NCBI RefSeq assembly: GCF_001194135.2
Contig: NC_068993.1
Span: forward strand, 17,266,412 to 17,310,958
Origin: Octopus bimaculoides
Lineage: Eukaryota
Length of the DNA stretch: 44,547 nt
Reading direction: 5' to 3'
This document shows, in pieces, positions 11,965-22,592 of the stretch. The notes beneath the pieces are model-generated. The model ran no database searches and was not told where the DNA came from. It saw nothing but the letters and a program-made list of their open reading frames with translations. The translations under genes were made by a program, and so were the position numbers. The stretch's first letter is position 1, and the number at the start of each line of letters is the position of its first letter.

Positions 11965-12170
11965 TAAACAAATATCTCGACGTGATCGTTTCTACCTGAT
12001 GAAATGTATCTTAAAATTCTCGCAAATGACACCACTGTCTTCGAAAAATGACAGTGGATAAAATAAATGTAGATCTTCTGAAAAGAAGATGGGATGGTCA
12101 TGGCGGGAACGTCTATAAACAAGCTTGTTCGATCGTGGTTGATCTTGTGCTAAACAATAACAACAACGCA
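11965..12170 (+). mobile_element. Repeat family B (CpG-intact)
   Basis: 'gggatggtcatggcgggaacgtc...gttcgatcgtggttgatcttgtgctaaacaataacaacaac'. Confidence 0.6.
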
Positions 12171-12601
12171 AGCACTATTTTCATCCACATTGGCTCACCT
12201 GAAATAAAATAGCTGTTGTTGGTATGAAATGAATTTTCAATTTAAAGTACTTGTGTTACATTCAAAACACGAGATCTACCTGATAACAACCACTTCCTGA
12301 ATAAAATATCTTTTTTTAACTGAACTATTTTTGAAGGTGAAGGATATCGTCACAGGAAAAACCACGTTATGTTATTATGCTTATTTTATTGATCACCGAG
12401 ATATAGAGATGAAAGGCCTTGAACTAAATATTGTAAACTAACTAATCCGTCCTTCAGAATAAGTAATATTAAATTTTCAAAAGCAAGGTGGTTTCTGCTG
12501 CGTTGTTTAACCGCCTAAGGTACAAACCTACTGTTAGATGATTTCTAGTTGTAACAGACCCTTGCTTTTGAGTACCAGTAACTAGATTGTCCAATGTTCT
12601 A

Positions 12602-12814
12602 CAGGGTGTCCATAAAGTCTGGGTACATGGGGATTAACACATACTTTAAGAAATTATTACTTCTTATATTTTAATTGTTTATGTTATGATTTTATTTACT
12701 CCATGTACCCACATGGGGATTAACACATACTTTAAGAAATTATTATTTCTTAAATTTAATTGTTTATGTTATGATTTTATTTACTCCATGCACCCAGACC
12801 TTGTGGACATCCTG
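12602..12814. mobile_element. Tc1/mariner-type MITE with internal duplication
   Basis: TIRs CAGGGTGTCCATAAAGTCTGGGTACATGG and ccatgcacccagaccttgtggacatcctg. TA TSDs at 12600-12601 and 12815-12816. Confidence 0.9.
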
Positions 12815-13451
12815 TATATTTAAGACAGTAAAGTGTGATTCGATGGAAATTTGGCTGTTATTTCTAGAGCATCGATTAACAGAATTGCTGGCGCTCCAAC
12901 AAATTACCTAAGGTATTTCATTATGGCCCTTTACGTTCCGAGTTCAAACACTTAGCGAAGTCTACTTTCGTTTTTTTTTTTTTATTCCTTTCGTATTCTC
13001 AATGCCTTCTAGGAATATTGTAACTTTTAGTGCAGGTTGGATTAACCATTAAACAAAATAAGCAAGTGCTCGGGATGTCGCAGGGTTTTTGCAAGTGACA
13101 AACATGGTGCAAATTGGTAACTTATAAGTTGTCTTTTTTAATGAATAAAAATTTTTTTAAATTTATATATTTTTTTCTTATTTTACAAATTCTCCCCCTT
13201 CTCTCTCCAACCTTTTCCCCCACCCAACAGTTTTTTAAACCGATACATTATTTGTTATTATCTGTTGGGGTTTCCACTTCGGGACTCACCATTAATGTGT
13301 GTGTCACTTTTTATTGTTTCTTCCATGCTGCAGGAATACTACAAATACACATCACTACATACATGCACACACACACACGCGCGCACAAGATCTTGTATAA
13401 AGACAGTAGGACGCATGGCTCAGAAAATCGCCAGACACGGTGCAAGTGATT

Positions 13452-13741
13452 ATCATCATCATTTTAACGTCCACTTTTCCATATTTGCATGGGTCAGGGA
13501 GAGTCAGGGAGATGTTTTTTTGGGGGTGGGGGGCGTATTTTCTATAGCCTGATGCCTTTCCTGTTGCCTACACAAACTAAGTAGAATTCCCCCATGGCCA
13601 GACATGGTCTAGCTGAATACTGGAAATGACCGACACTGCTTGTATGACGGTGACAATCGTTTACTACTACGGCACAATGTCAGGACAAGGAGACACAAGC
13701 ACACATGCATTATATATATACACACACATATACATCAAAAC

Positions 13742-13782
<41 letters not shown>

Positions 13783-13792
13783 NNNNNNNNNN

Positions 13793-13827
<35 letters not shown>

Positions 13828-13950
13828 TGTACACACACACAATGGTCTTCTTTCTGTTTCCATCTACCAAAGCCATTCACAAGGTTTTGGTTTGCCCAGG
13901 GCCATAGTAGAAGATACTTACTCAAGGTGTCACACAATGGGACTGAATCA
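13452..13950 (-). mobile_element. SINE type A with tail E (internal TA run contains a gap)
   Basis: 'atcatcatcattttaacgtccacttttccatatttgcatggg' end, (TA)n with N gap, core 'ttctttctgtttccatctaccaaagccattcacaagg'. Confidence 0.8.
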
Positions 13951-13964
13951 GATGAAAGGCTATT

Positions 13965-15090
13965 CTGTCTGTCCTGGCTGAGAATAAAAACCAAAATACA
14001 TGACATGTTGCTTGCGGATAATTCAGCATTAGCACACACTGGGGAACAACTGTGATGCTTTATTGACAGTTTTCCTCTAAAGATTCAACCATCAACAATT
14101 GCAAGCCAGTGATAGACGGAATTCACATAGTTTGGTTCCACTATCACAGAGAGTCTCTTCTTAGAGTCTGAGATTAATAGATGGATCAGAAGAGCACTGT
14201 GAGGACAGCAAGCTGGTGACATGCACTGTGGTTGCATTCTTATAGGGTCATGAATGAATGAATGACCTTAGTATTGCACCTAGAAAGTTCTCCTCCAAGG
14301 CACAAGTCTTGGCAAGGTTGTGTATAGAAGACCAGCAGTCGCCCATGAATACCAGCCTTCTCTCTCCACGCCACTGATGTTATCCAAGGGAAAAGTAGAA
14401 GCTGATACAGTTTCGCACCAGCGACATCACAACTCATTTCTACAGCTGAGTGAATTGGAGCAATGTGAAATAAAGTGTCTTGCTCAAGAACACAGCACAC
14501 AGCTTCGTCCAGATATCAGACTCACTACCTCATGATTATTAGCCAACACTGTAACCACTGAGCCATATTGTTATACGGCAGCAAGACCTGGAGTTTCTAC
14601 TCCAGCTAAGAGTGGTATTTCGATGCTTTCCACCTTCGCAACTTGAGTCACATAATGAGTGTCATGTGAACTGAATGAGTCACAAAATGAAATTGTGGCC
14701 TGCATCCAGGTTCTCAGCCTCATCATCCTACCCCAACAATGTCTTCACTGATGGAGCCATATACACTGTATGTCTGGTGGGAAGATCTTGAAAAAACAGC
14801 AGAACTGGGAGCTATCCTCAAGCAAAAGGGCACAAGGAAAACCCCATCTTTGTTTCCAAAGATGTCTGCAAGTATGACATGAAGTTACTAAAAATTAATA
14901 TTGAGAGATGAGAAGACAATACGAGTAATCACTCTTGCTGGAAGCTGAAACTAGGTGAGTTGGGATGAAAAGTGAAGAAAACCAAAAACACAGCACCATA
15001 TCAACACTGTCATAACGTACCTTCAAATGCAATGCCTGCAGCTGGGTTTATAATTACTTGGAGGACCTCAACAGCTGGCTGAACAACATG
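13965..15090 (+). mobile_element. Decayed RTE (BovB-like) LINE ORF2 remnant, interrupted by a SINE
   Basis: Translated pieces: LRIKTKIHDMLLADNSALAH (FADD region), FGSTITESLFLESEINRWI, LLYGSKTW...DAFHLRNL, KDVCKYDMK, and C-terminal FKCNAC. Many stops and frameshifts. Confidence 0.8.
14245..14566 (-). mobile_element. tRNA-SINE with type D head/core and a different tail (tail 4)
   Basis: Minus strand: atggctcagtggtt..., 'gtgttcttgagcaagacactttatttcacattgctccaattcactcagctg', then a unique tail ending (cattc)-like. Confidence 0.8.
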
Positions 15091-15171
15091 CTTTGACAAC
15101 AGTATATTTTGGCACTGGAAGCAAATTCCCCTTCCTTCACATACACACACACACAAATGTGGAGAAGTATA

Positions 15172-15275
15172 CAGGGTGGGCCAAAAGTCACATACAAAAT
15201 AAGTTCAATACATTCCAGAATTGTCAAAGACATGCTTCAATTTTTCTAAAATTGAATAAAATAAATGATGTACAT
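15172..15275 (+). mobile_element. Tc1/mariner terminal fragment
   Basis: TA|CAGGGTGGGCCAAAAGTCAC TIR-like start. No partner TIR found. Confidence 0.5.
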
Positions 15276-15279
15276 ATAT

Positions 15280-15415
15280 AAACGACGGGCTCCTTACAGT
15301 TTCTGTCTACCAAATCCACTCACAAAGCTTTGGTTGCCTTGAGGTTATAGCCATGTGGGACTGAACCCTGGACCATGTTGTTGGGAAGCAAGCTTCTTAC
15401 CACACAGCCAGACCT
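15280..15415 (-). mobile_element. SINE type A head+core
   Basis: 'cagtttctgtctaccaaatccactcacaaagc...gggactgaaccctggaccatg...cttaccacacagcca'. Confidence 0.85.
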
Positions 15416-16335
15416 GCATTTGGTATATGTAGTGAGAATTCTCCTTACTAACCTTACACTTACATTTTAATAATTATTACTACCTCCTCATCTCTTTTTC
15501 TCTATACTTTTTCACTTTATGTCTATATATAAGCTAACATCACTCTTTCACACATACATTATGGTTTATTTATACCTAAACAAACCCTGTCATTTTTGGA
15601 GAGTACTACACTAATAAGTTATTTGTTTATGTTGCTTGCTGCTATTTAGTGTTCGATAAATAGATTTAAGATAAAAAAGGAATATATTTAATACAATTGT
15701 AGGACTGGTTTAGAAGAAAACTGAATTTTTAATCTGTAATTTCCCATTCAACACTTAGTATGTCTTAATATCATGTCAGACAATGGAAGGATAACCAGTG
15801 TCGGGCCTGTGCTTAGGGCATCAGTTGGCCTTAATCGTGCCCTGCTTTTGTGTATGCCTTCTGTCTACTATCCAGTTTAGCTCCCTAATTGTTAGGTCTT
15901 TATGTGAGGAGAGCCTTTATTTAGATGTGGTACTATTTGATGTACTATTAAGCATGCAATCAAAGCATGAATGTTTTTCAAGGTCAGGGTTTAGTCTGCT
16001 CCTTAAGATCCCTTCTGAGGTCAATAAAATAAAGTACCAGTCAAGTACTGGGGTTAATTTAATATTCCTGTAAACCATCCTAATTGTGAATGGAATTATA
16101 ATAAAAGAAGGCTGCTTAGAGGCTCCTGCATTGGAATATGAAGCAAGGTGGATTTCCCAAAAGGAATTCCTGTACACTAAAAAGTTACAAAGACATGTCT
16201 ATATTCTAATCCCAGACAATATTATTGGTACATAACTCTTTATGAATGATATTACATCCTAAAACTATTTTCAAGGCTCTTCAGTTATATTTTCCTTCCC
16301 TTGATAAAAAAAATCTCTTTTTCTTTTTTAACCAG

Positions 16336-16399
16336 AACACAGAAAAATATGGCTGGAGATCATAGCTTCTCTATACCCTCTTAAACAACTAGATTCTTT
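16336..16399 (+). other. Candidate coding exon (64 nt)
   Basis: Strong acceptor tctctttttcttttttaaccag and donor TTT|gtaagt. Single open frame HRKIWLEIIASLYPLKQLDS. Not identified. Confidence 0.35.
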
Positions 16400-17134
16400 G
16401 TAAGTAAATGGATAAGCATTAGTTTCAACAATGAGTATTCAGCTGTTCAATAAAATAAGAACTAGTCGATTATTGAATTTATGTGTAAGTGGTTGAACAT
16501 TACACAGACATGTGTACGCTTAAAGTAATTCCCATGCAGAATCAATGTGACACAGTATGACAGGACTGGACCTTTAAACTTCAGATACATTTTATCCAAC
16601 ACACTGCCGCACAGTTTCTGTCCACCAATTTTCACTTAAAAGACTTGGGTTGATTTAAGGTTATGGTACTTACTCAAGAAAACATGCAGTGGGTTCAAAT
16701 CTAGGACATAGTTGTAGAATATTTTTACTAGTGAGTGGTATAGATATTTAACTATTTACCTGTTTACCACATGGGACAAGGCAGCCTTTATGTTGTCATA
16801 CATTAAAAACAACTGCTAAAACTCCATCATATCACTCCCTACTAGCTTAAAAAAAGAAGAGGGTACATTTTAGATCATGTAGTCCTAGATACCCACAAAA
16901 AAGATTTGGTGGTAATGATTAGAATGTTTTTAACCATAGGTCTACTCAATTAGATCTACCTGGAGTTAAACTAACAAGGAGCCTCTCTGCAGTGAAGATG
17001 CTAGAAATAGCTGCCAAAATGTACCTCAAATTAAATTCTCTACCATATTTTAAAGAAAAACGACATATCTTTTTCTAACTTATGGAATTATTAAAAAAAT
17101 CTTTTGATGCGAAATTTCAAATTGTTGTATGTGT

Positions 17135-17305
17135 TGTTGATGATAATGGTGGTGGTGGTAGTGGTGGCGGCAGTGGTGATGGTGGCAATCATGATGATGA
17201 TGACGATGACAACAATGACAAAAGAGGCAGCAGCGATGACGATGATGGTGGTGATAGTGATGACAACAACAATGACAAAAATGATGTTGACAATGATGAT
17301 GATGG
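17135..17305. repeat. Mosaic trinucleotide repeat (GAT/GGT/GAC/AAC)
   Basis: Direct. Explains ORFs 17082, 17091 and 17104. Confidence 0.85.
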
Positions 17306-17415
17306 CGACATTGCTGCTGTTGTTATTCAATTGCACATCTGTCATCTGCATTGGTCTAAGATAGGCATACTTAAATAGCAAATACTTTTGTTATCTGAAA
17401 AGATATTTAAAAATA

Positions 17416-17416
<1 letters not shown>

Positions 17417-17484
<68 letters not shown>
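17417..17484. repeat. (ATT)n microsatellite
   Basis: Direct. Confidence 0.95.
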
Positions 17485-17485
<1 letters not shown>

Positions 17486-17687
17486 AGAGACAACATTGTT
17501 ATGTAAAAGCAGAACAAAAAGAAAATTATCGGAAATATATTATGTGAACCAACTTCTGTACAGGAGCAGGAAATATATAATGAAAATACACTGTTATTGT
17601 AAGGCATTATGTTGTTACTGGGAAAAATAATATAATTGTGATCAATAGAGAATATTGTGATTTCTATACAGAAAGGACATAGATAGG

Positions 17688-17850
17688 CACAGGCATGGCT
17701 GTGTGGTAAGAAGCTTGCTTCCCAACCACATGGTTCCAGGTTCAGTCCCACTGCATGGCATTTGGGTAACTGCCAGCTAACTACAGCCTCAGGCTGACCA
17801 AAGCTTTGTGAGTGGATTTGATAGACGGAAGCTGAAAGAAGCTCATCATA
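17688..17850 (+). mobile_element. SINE type A head+core
   Basis: 'ggcatggctgtgtggtaagaagcttgcttcccaaccacatggttccaggttcagtccc...gtgagtggatttgatagacggaagctgaaagaagc'. Confidence 0.9.
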
Positions 17851-17860
17851 TATGTATATA

Positions 17861-18535
17861 CAGGGGTTGAACAAAATAATGGAAACACCTTAAAATTTCA
17901 AACAAATTTATTTTAATATGGGGTAGGACCACCTTTGGCAGTAATTACAGCTTGAATTCTACAAGGTATGGNNNNNNNNNNGGTAGGACCACCTTTGGCA
18001 GTAATTACAGCTTGAATTCTACAAGGTATGGACTCGTACAAAGTTTGAATTGTTTCCAAAGGAATTTTTGCCCATTCTTCAGCTAAAACAGTCTCCAGAT
18101 GGTGGAGGATATCGATTCCTTACTTGTTTTACTAAAATGTGCCATAAATGTTCAATAATATTGAGATCTGGGGACTGTAATGGCCAGATATGATGTTCAA
18201 CTTCACTAGAATGTTCCTCGTGCCATTCAGGAACAACTTTAGCTGCTAATTGGTGCATTATCATCCTGAAAGATTGCGTTTCCCTCCGGAAACAGTTCCA
18301 CAACCATAGGATACATTTCATCAGATAAAATGCTTAAATAGTCTTGACTATTAATTCTTCCATTAAGGGAAACCATTGGGCCAGCAGATTTCCAAGATAT
18401 AGCCTCTCCCCCCAGATCATCACAGATCCTCCTCCATGTTTAACAGTTGGAAGAATGCAGTCTGAGTCAAATGCTTCTTTTGGCTGTCTCCATATATATA
18501 CTCGGCCGGTGGTCAGAAATAAGGTAAAGAAAGAA
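17861..18535 (-). mobile_element. Tc1-family transposon, 5'-truncated; transposase pseudogene
   Basis: TA|CAGGGGTTGAACAAAATAATGGAAACACC TIR at 17861. Minus-strand motifs GRVYIWRQPKEAF, PTVKHGGGSVMIWG, FQDDNAP and WPLQSPDLNIIEHLW, with frameshifts. Confidence 0.92.
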
Positions 18536-18560
18536 CACAGATAACATAAACTAAGATAAA

Positions 18561-18937
18561 CTTTGTTGTTGTTGGCACTCCGTCGCTTACGACGTCGAGG
18601 GTTCCAGTTGATCCAATCAACGGAACAGCCTGCTCGTGAAATTAACGTGCTAGTGGCTGAGCACTCCATAGACACGTGTACCCTTAATGTAGTTCTCGGG
18701 GATATTTAGCGTGACACAGTGTGACAAGGCTGGTCCCTTTGAATTACAGGCACAACAGAAGCAGGAAGTAAGAGTGAGAGAAAGTTGTGGTGAAAGTGTA
18801 CAGCAGGGTTCGCCACCATCCCCTGCCGGAGCCTCGTGAAACTTTAGGTGTTTTCGCTCAATAAACACTCACAACGCCCGGTCTGGGAATCGAAACCGCG
18901 AGTCCGCTGCCCTAACCACTGGGCCATTGCACCTCCA
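18561..18937 (-). mobile_element. Young full-length tRNA-SINE (tail 3) with 10-bp TSD
   Basis: A box TGGCCCAGTGG, B box GTTTCGATTCC, 3' hairpin GTCGTAAGCGAC, (CAA)n tail. TSD CTAAGATAAA at 18551-18560 and 18938-18947. Confidence 0.93.
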
Positions 18938-19043
18938 CTAAGATAAATTATATCTGAATAAAATATAGGATGGTCATGGCTGGAATAACATTGATCATAA
19001 GTTTGCTTGATCAGGGCTGTTCTGAGGCTAAACAACTTATTAA

Positions 19044-19256
19044 CCTTTTCATTACTATATTTCTGTTGAAACATTACCTCTGTTTCAATTAATTTAGAAA
19101 ATAAAAAATTTAGTAATATAAGTTTGTCACTACTAGGCTGGTGTATGGAACATAAATTAACATGAAATTTTGATGGAAAGTTTTTAGAGCACTTTAAAAC
19201 AGAAAGTTTCTACCATAGAACTATGGGTGGTCTCAGGCGAATTGGTTTTAAAAGGG
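19044..19256. mobile_element. piggyBac-type MITE
   Basis: TTAA|CCTTTTC...AAAAGGG|TTAA, with TTAA at 19040-19043 and 19257-19260. Confidence 0.7.
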
Positions 19257-19629
19257 TTAATAGCTATACAGACTAAGTGATATGAGAATTAAGTGTTTTG
19301 GCTAAGGTTATAATATATTGACAGTGAAGCAATACAAACCATCACACCTTCTGTCTGCAGTCTGACTGAGCCAGTTATAATTCTCTTATCTTCAGAAAAG
19401 GAATCAGTAGAATGGCCTGCTACTATCGCAGATTGGTTCAACCCTTCTGCAGAATAATTTCTGGCAAAGCAAATAAATAAAATCAATATTTTAGCATCTT
19501 CTGAGGATTTTAAATTTTAGAAAATGGCAGTGTTAAATTTGAACAAATTTTCAAGCTGCTTCCATTACAATTGTGATGCACCTTAGCTTTCTTTTTTTCT
19601 TTCTGAAGTAACAATAAATATATCTTTTA

Positions 19630-19830
19630 CATTTTTTACTTGTTTTGTTTTGGTCATTGGACTGCAGCCATGATGGATCATCACCTTCAAGTATCTAACC
19701 GAGCATATCAACCCTAGTACTTATTTTTTAAACATAGTACTTATGATGAACTGTTAGGTTACAGGGACATAAACAAACCAATACCAGTTGTCAAGCAATG
19801 GTGGAGGGACGAGAACAAACACAAAGACAC
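19630..19830 (-). mobile_element. SINE type A tail 1 fragment
   Basis: 'gttaggttacagggacataaacaaaccaataccagttgtcaagc' and 'cattggactgcagccatg'. Confidence 0.75.
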
Positions 19831-19917
19831 ACACACATACATATATACCTATACACACACACACACACACAGATATATATATATATATATATAGACACAT
19901 ATATATACAAATATATA

Positions 19918-20192
19918 TTGGGTCATCCCATAAATAATGCAGTTTTTTTCAATTGCCTGAACTAAAAGTCAGAGGGGGAGAGGATAAACTACCTGCATCA
20001 ACTTGCTATAAAAGCAGGTAGTAATTTTACCATTTACTTATTCTTAGTGCAAATTTTTAAGAGTGCAGTTCGATTTTAACAGTTAGTTTTTTTTTCAAAG
20101 CCATAATGGAAATGACAAAGGAGCATGTTTGGTACATTTTGCTATATGAGTTCAGTAAAGGCAACAATGCAATGAAAAGTGAAAGGAATATG
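19918..20192 (+). mobile_element. mariner 5' fragment (TIR + start of transposase)
   Basis: TA|TTGGGTCATCCCATAAATAATGC. ATG at 20106 gives MEMTKEHVWYILLYEFSKGNNAMKSERNM, typical of the mariner N-terminal HTH. Confidence 0.8.
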
Positions 20193-20340
20193 TGTATATC
20201 TATCTAGCTCTCTATCTATCTATATATATAAAACTCACTTGGAAATGGATGCATGGTGTTCAATCATATAATAATATATATATGCATATATACATACATA
20301 TATGTACATACTTACATATATATGTATGTATATATATATA

Positions 20341-20499
20341 NNNNNNNNNNNNNNNNNNNNNNNNNNNNNNNNNNNNNNNNNNNNNNNNNNNNNNNNNNNN
20401 NNNNNNNNNNNNNNNNNNNNNNNNNNNNNNNNNNNNNNNNNNNNNNNNNNNNNNNNNNNNNNNNNNNNNNNNNNNNNNNNNNNNNNNNNNNNNNNNNNN
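20341..20499. other. Assembly gap (159 N); 10-N gaps also at 13783-13792, 17972-17981, 31959-31968
   Basis: Direct. Confidence 0.99.
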
Positions 20500-20526
20500 A
20501 TACATATATATACATATATGTATGCA

Positions 20527-20690
20527 TAAAGGCTTCTTTCAGTTTCCGTCTACCAAATCCACTCACAAGGCTTTGGTCAGCCCAAGGCTATAGTAGAAGA
20601 CACTTGCCCAAGGTGCCACGCATTGTGACTGAACCCAGAACCATGTGGTTAGTAAGCAAGCTACTTACCACACAGCCACTCCTGCGCCTA
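20527..20690 (-). mobile_element. SINE type A head+core (well preserved)
   Basis: 'ggcttctttcagtttccgtctaccaaatccactcacaaggctttggtcagccc...cacagccactcctgcgcct'. Confidence 0.92.
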
Positions 20691-21424
20691 TGAACTTTTT
20701 TTTTTTTTTGTGAGCATCAGCCAGTATAAAATCAAAGAACTGTCTGCAATCCAAATTCATTTCATTAGCTCTGGCCCACCATCATGTTACACAGTAAAAA
20801 CAAACTGATAAAAAATAAATCCTGTTTTAGCCTAGCAATAACCACTTGACCTGCAAGAAGTAGTTGCCATATTTATTTCAAATTACATCTTACTGTTTTT
20901 TGTTTATGTTTTGTTTTGTTTTTTAAAAACACAGGACACATTAGATAATCCTAGATACTGTAAAGTCTGCTAGGTGAGGTATGACATGGAGCTAACTTAC
21001 TACAGGAAAGATGTCTAATAGAGATCCTATCTATATGTGATGCCAAGGAAAAAGATGAATCATAAATGAAAGAGACAACACAAGCAGGTCGCACACACAC
21101 ACACACACACACACACATACAATGTGCAAAGGGGACATGGATTCCGCAAGCCATATTGCAGGCTACCTACCCTGGAGGGCAGTTAATTCTGAATAAGGGC
21201 TGATACAAGGTGGAGATGAATCTTTCATTCACACACAGACAAATTTCTCCCTAGCGTCAGAGGTCTGATAAAATACATCCTGTCCATGCTGTAACACCTA
21301 CGCAACAACAAGGTTAGCTGGTTTCCCCTCTTGATGTGTATATGAGACAAAGAAGACCACAATGAACGGTGAGATGCTATGAGATCCAAACCCTGCCCAT
21401 GCTTGCATAGACATACAGACATAA

Positions 21425-21530
21425 AATGATGAAAATGATGATGATGACGGTGATGATGGTTAAGATGATGACGATAGTGGTGGTGGTGGTGGTGGTGGTG
21501 GCAGTGATGGTGATGATGGTGATGATGATA
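21425..21530. repeat. (GAT)/(GGT) trinucleotide repeat
   Basis: Direct. Explains the poly-His ORF 21225..21533. Confidence 0.9.
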
Positions 21531-21679
21531 CACACATACACATGGGTTTTCAGATAAATATTAGATTATGTGATTTTGAAGCATAAACTAATTTCCACTT
21601 GAAACATGAAACATATTGGAACCAATCCAAGCACTGCTCTATACTTTGATACACCTCATTACACTACAAATGTACACCA

Positions 21680-21915
21680 CTAGCCAGCAAGAGAGCATCT
21701 AAGTGGTCACTCAGCCTGCTAGAAGTGACAGCCAAATCCCTTGCAACTCTCATTTTACAGTCCTTAAAATATATGGAATTGAGAACACATTGGATAATGT
21801 TGTCCCACATACCCAATGTCTCAGAACTAGCAGGATAGTCATGACATTTGATCATTATCATTCAAGTTTGCTTGACCACGGCTGACCTGGGGCTATATAT
21901 CTGCATCAGCAACAC
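21680..21915 (+). mobile_element. Repeat family B
   Basis: 'gtggtcactcagcctgctagaagtgacagccaaatccc...ggatagtcatgac...ggctgacctggggcta'. Confidence 0.65.
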
Positions 21916-22157
21916 CATGCTTACACTACACTGCAATCCTATGTAAACCAATGATGACAGAACATGTGTGCAGTTACTTAACAGGCTAGAAATAGCAGCC
22001 AAATCTTCCTCAAGTTTCACCCTATTGTCTGAGGAAAGAAAAACCTAGTTTCAAGGTTGACTGTAGCTGGAAAAAAAAAATAGATGAGATGATCACAACT
22101 GGAGTGTCTTCTTAAACAGGGATGATGTACCTTAAAATATATTTAGCTGTAGGTGGA

Positions 22158-22592
22158 GGCATGACTGCAAGGTAAAAAGTTTGCTTCTCAACCACATAGT
22201 TCTAGGTTCAGTCCCACTGTGTGACACCTTGGGCAGTGTCTTCTATAGCCTCAGGCCAACCAAAGCCTTTTGAGTGGATTTGGTAGATGGAAACTGAAAG
22301 AAGCCTATTGTGTGTGTGTGTGTATATAACCAAAGCCCTGAGAGTGGATTTGGTAGACAGAGACTGAAAGAAGCCCATCATGTGTGTGTACCACACCATC
22401 GCTTGCCAACCAGTGTCAGTCTGTTTACGTCCCTGCAGGTTAGCAGTTTGGCAAATGAAACCAATAGAATAAGTATGTGACTTGTAAAAGAAAAAAAAAG
22501 AAGTCCTGGAATTAATTTATTCAACTAAAAATTCTTCAAGGCAGTGCCCCAGCATGGTCATAGTCCAATGACTGAAACAAATAAAAGATTTA
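22158..22592 (+). mobile_element. SINE type A, tail 1, with duplicated core end
   Basis: 'gagtggatttggtaga...actgaaagaagcc' occurs twice (~22270 and ~22340), separated by (TG)n. Confidence 0.88.

Noticed and set aside
13290-13327. Minus-strand 38-nt exon-like segment (MEETIKSDTHIN, donor gtgagt)
   Set aside because: The acceptor is a palindromic ctgcag that works equally well on the plus strand, and no phase-compatible neighbour was found. Left unresolved.
17082-17381. Asp/Gly-rich, Met-rich and Ile/Thr-rich ORFs; poly-His ORF 21225..21533
   Set aside because: Trinucleotide repeats open in several frames on both strands.
18561-18937. tRNA gene call for SINE heads
   Set aside because: A/B boxes are present but there is no complete cloverleaf or T-run terminator. 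These are SINE promoters.
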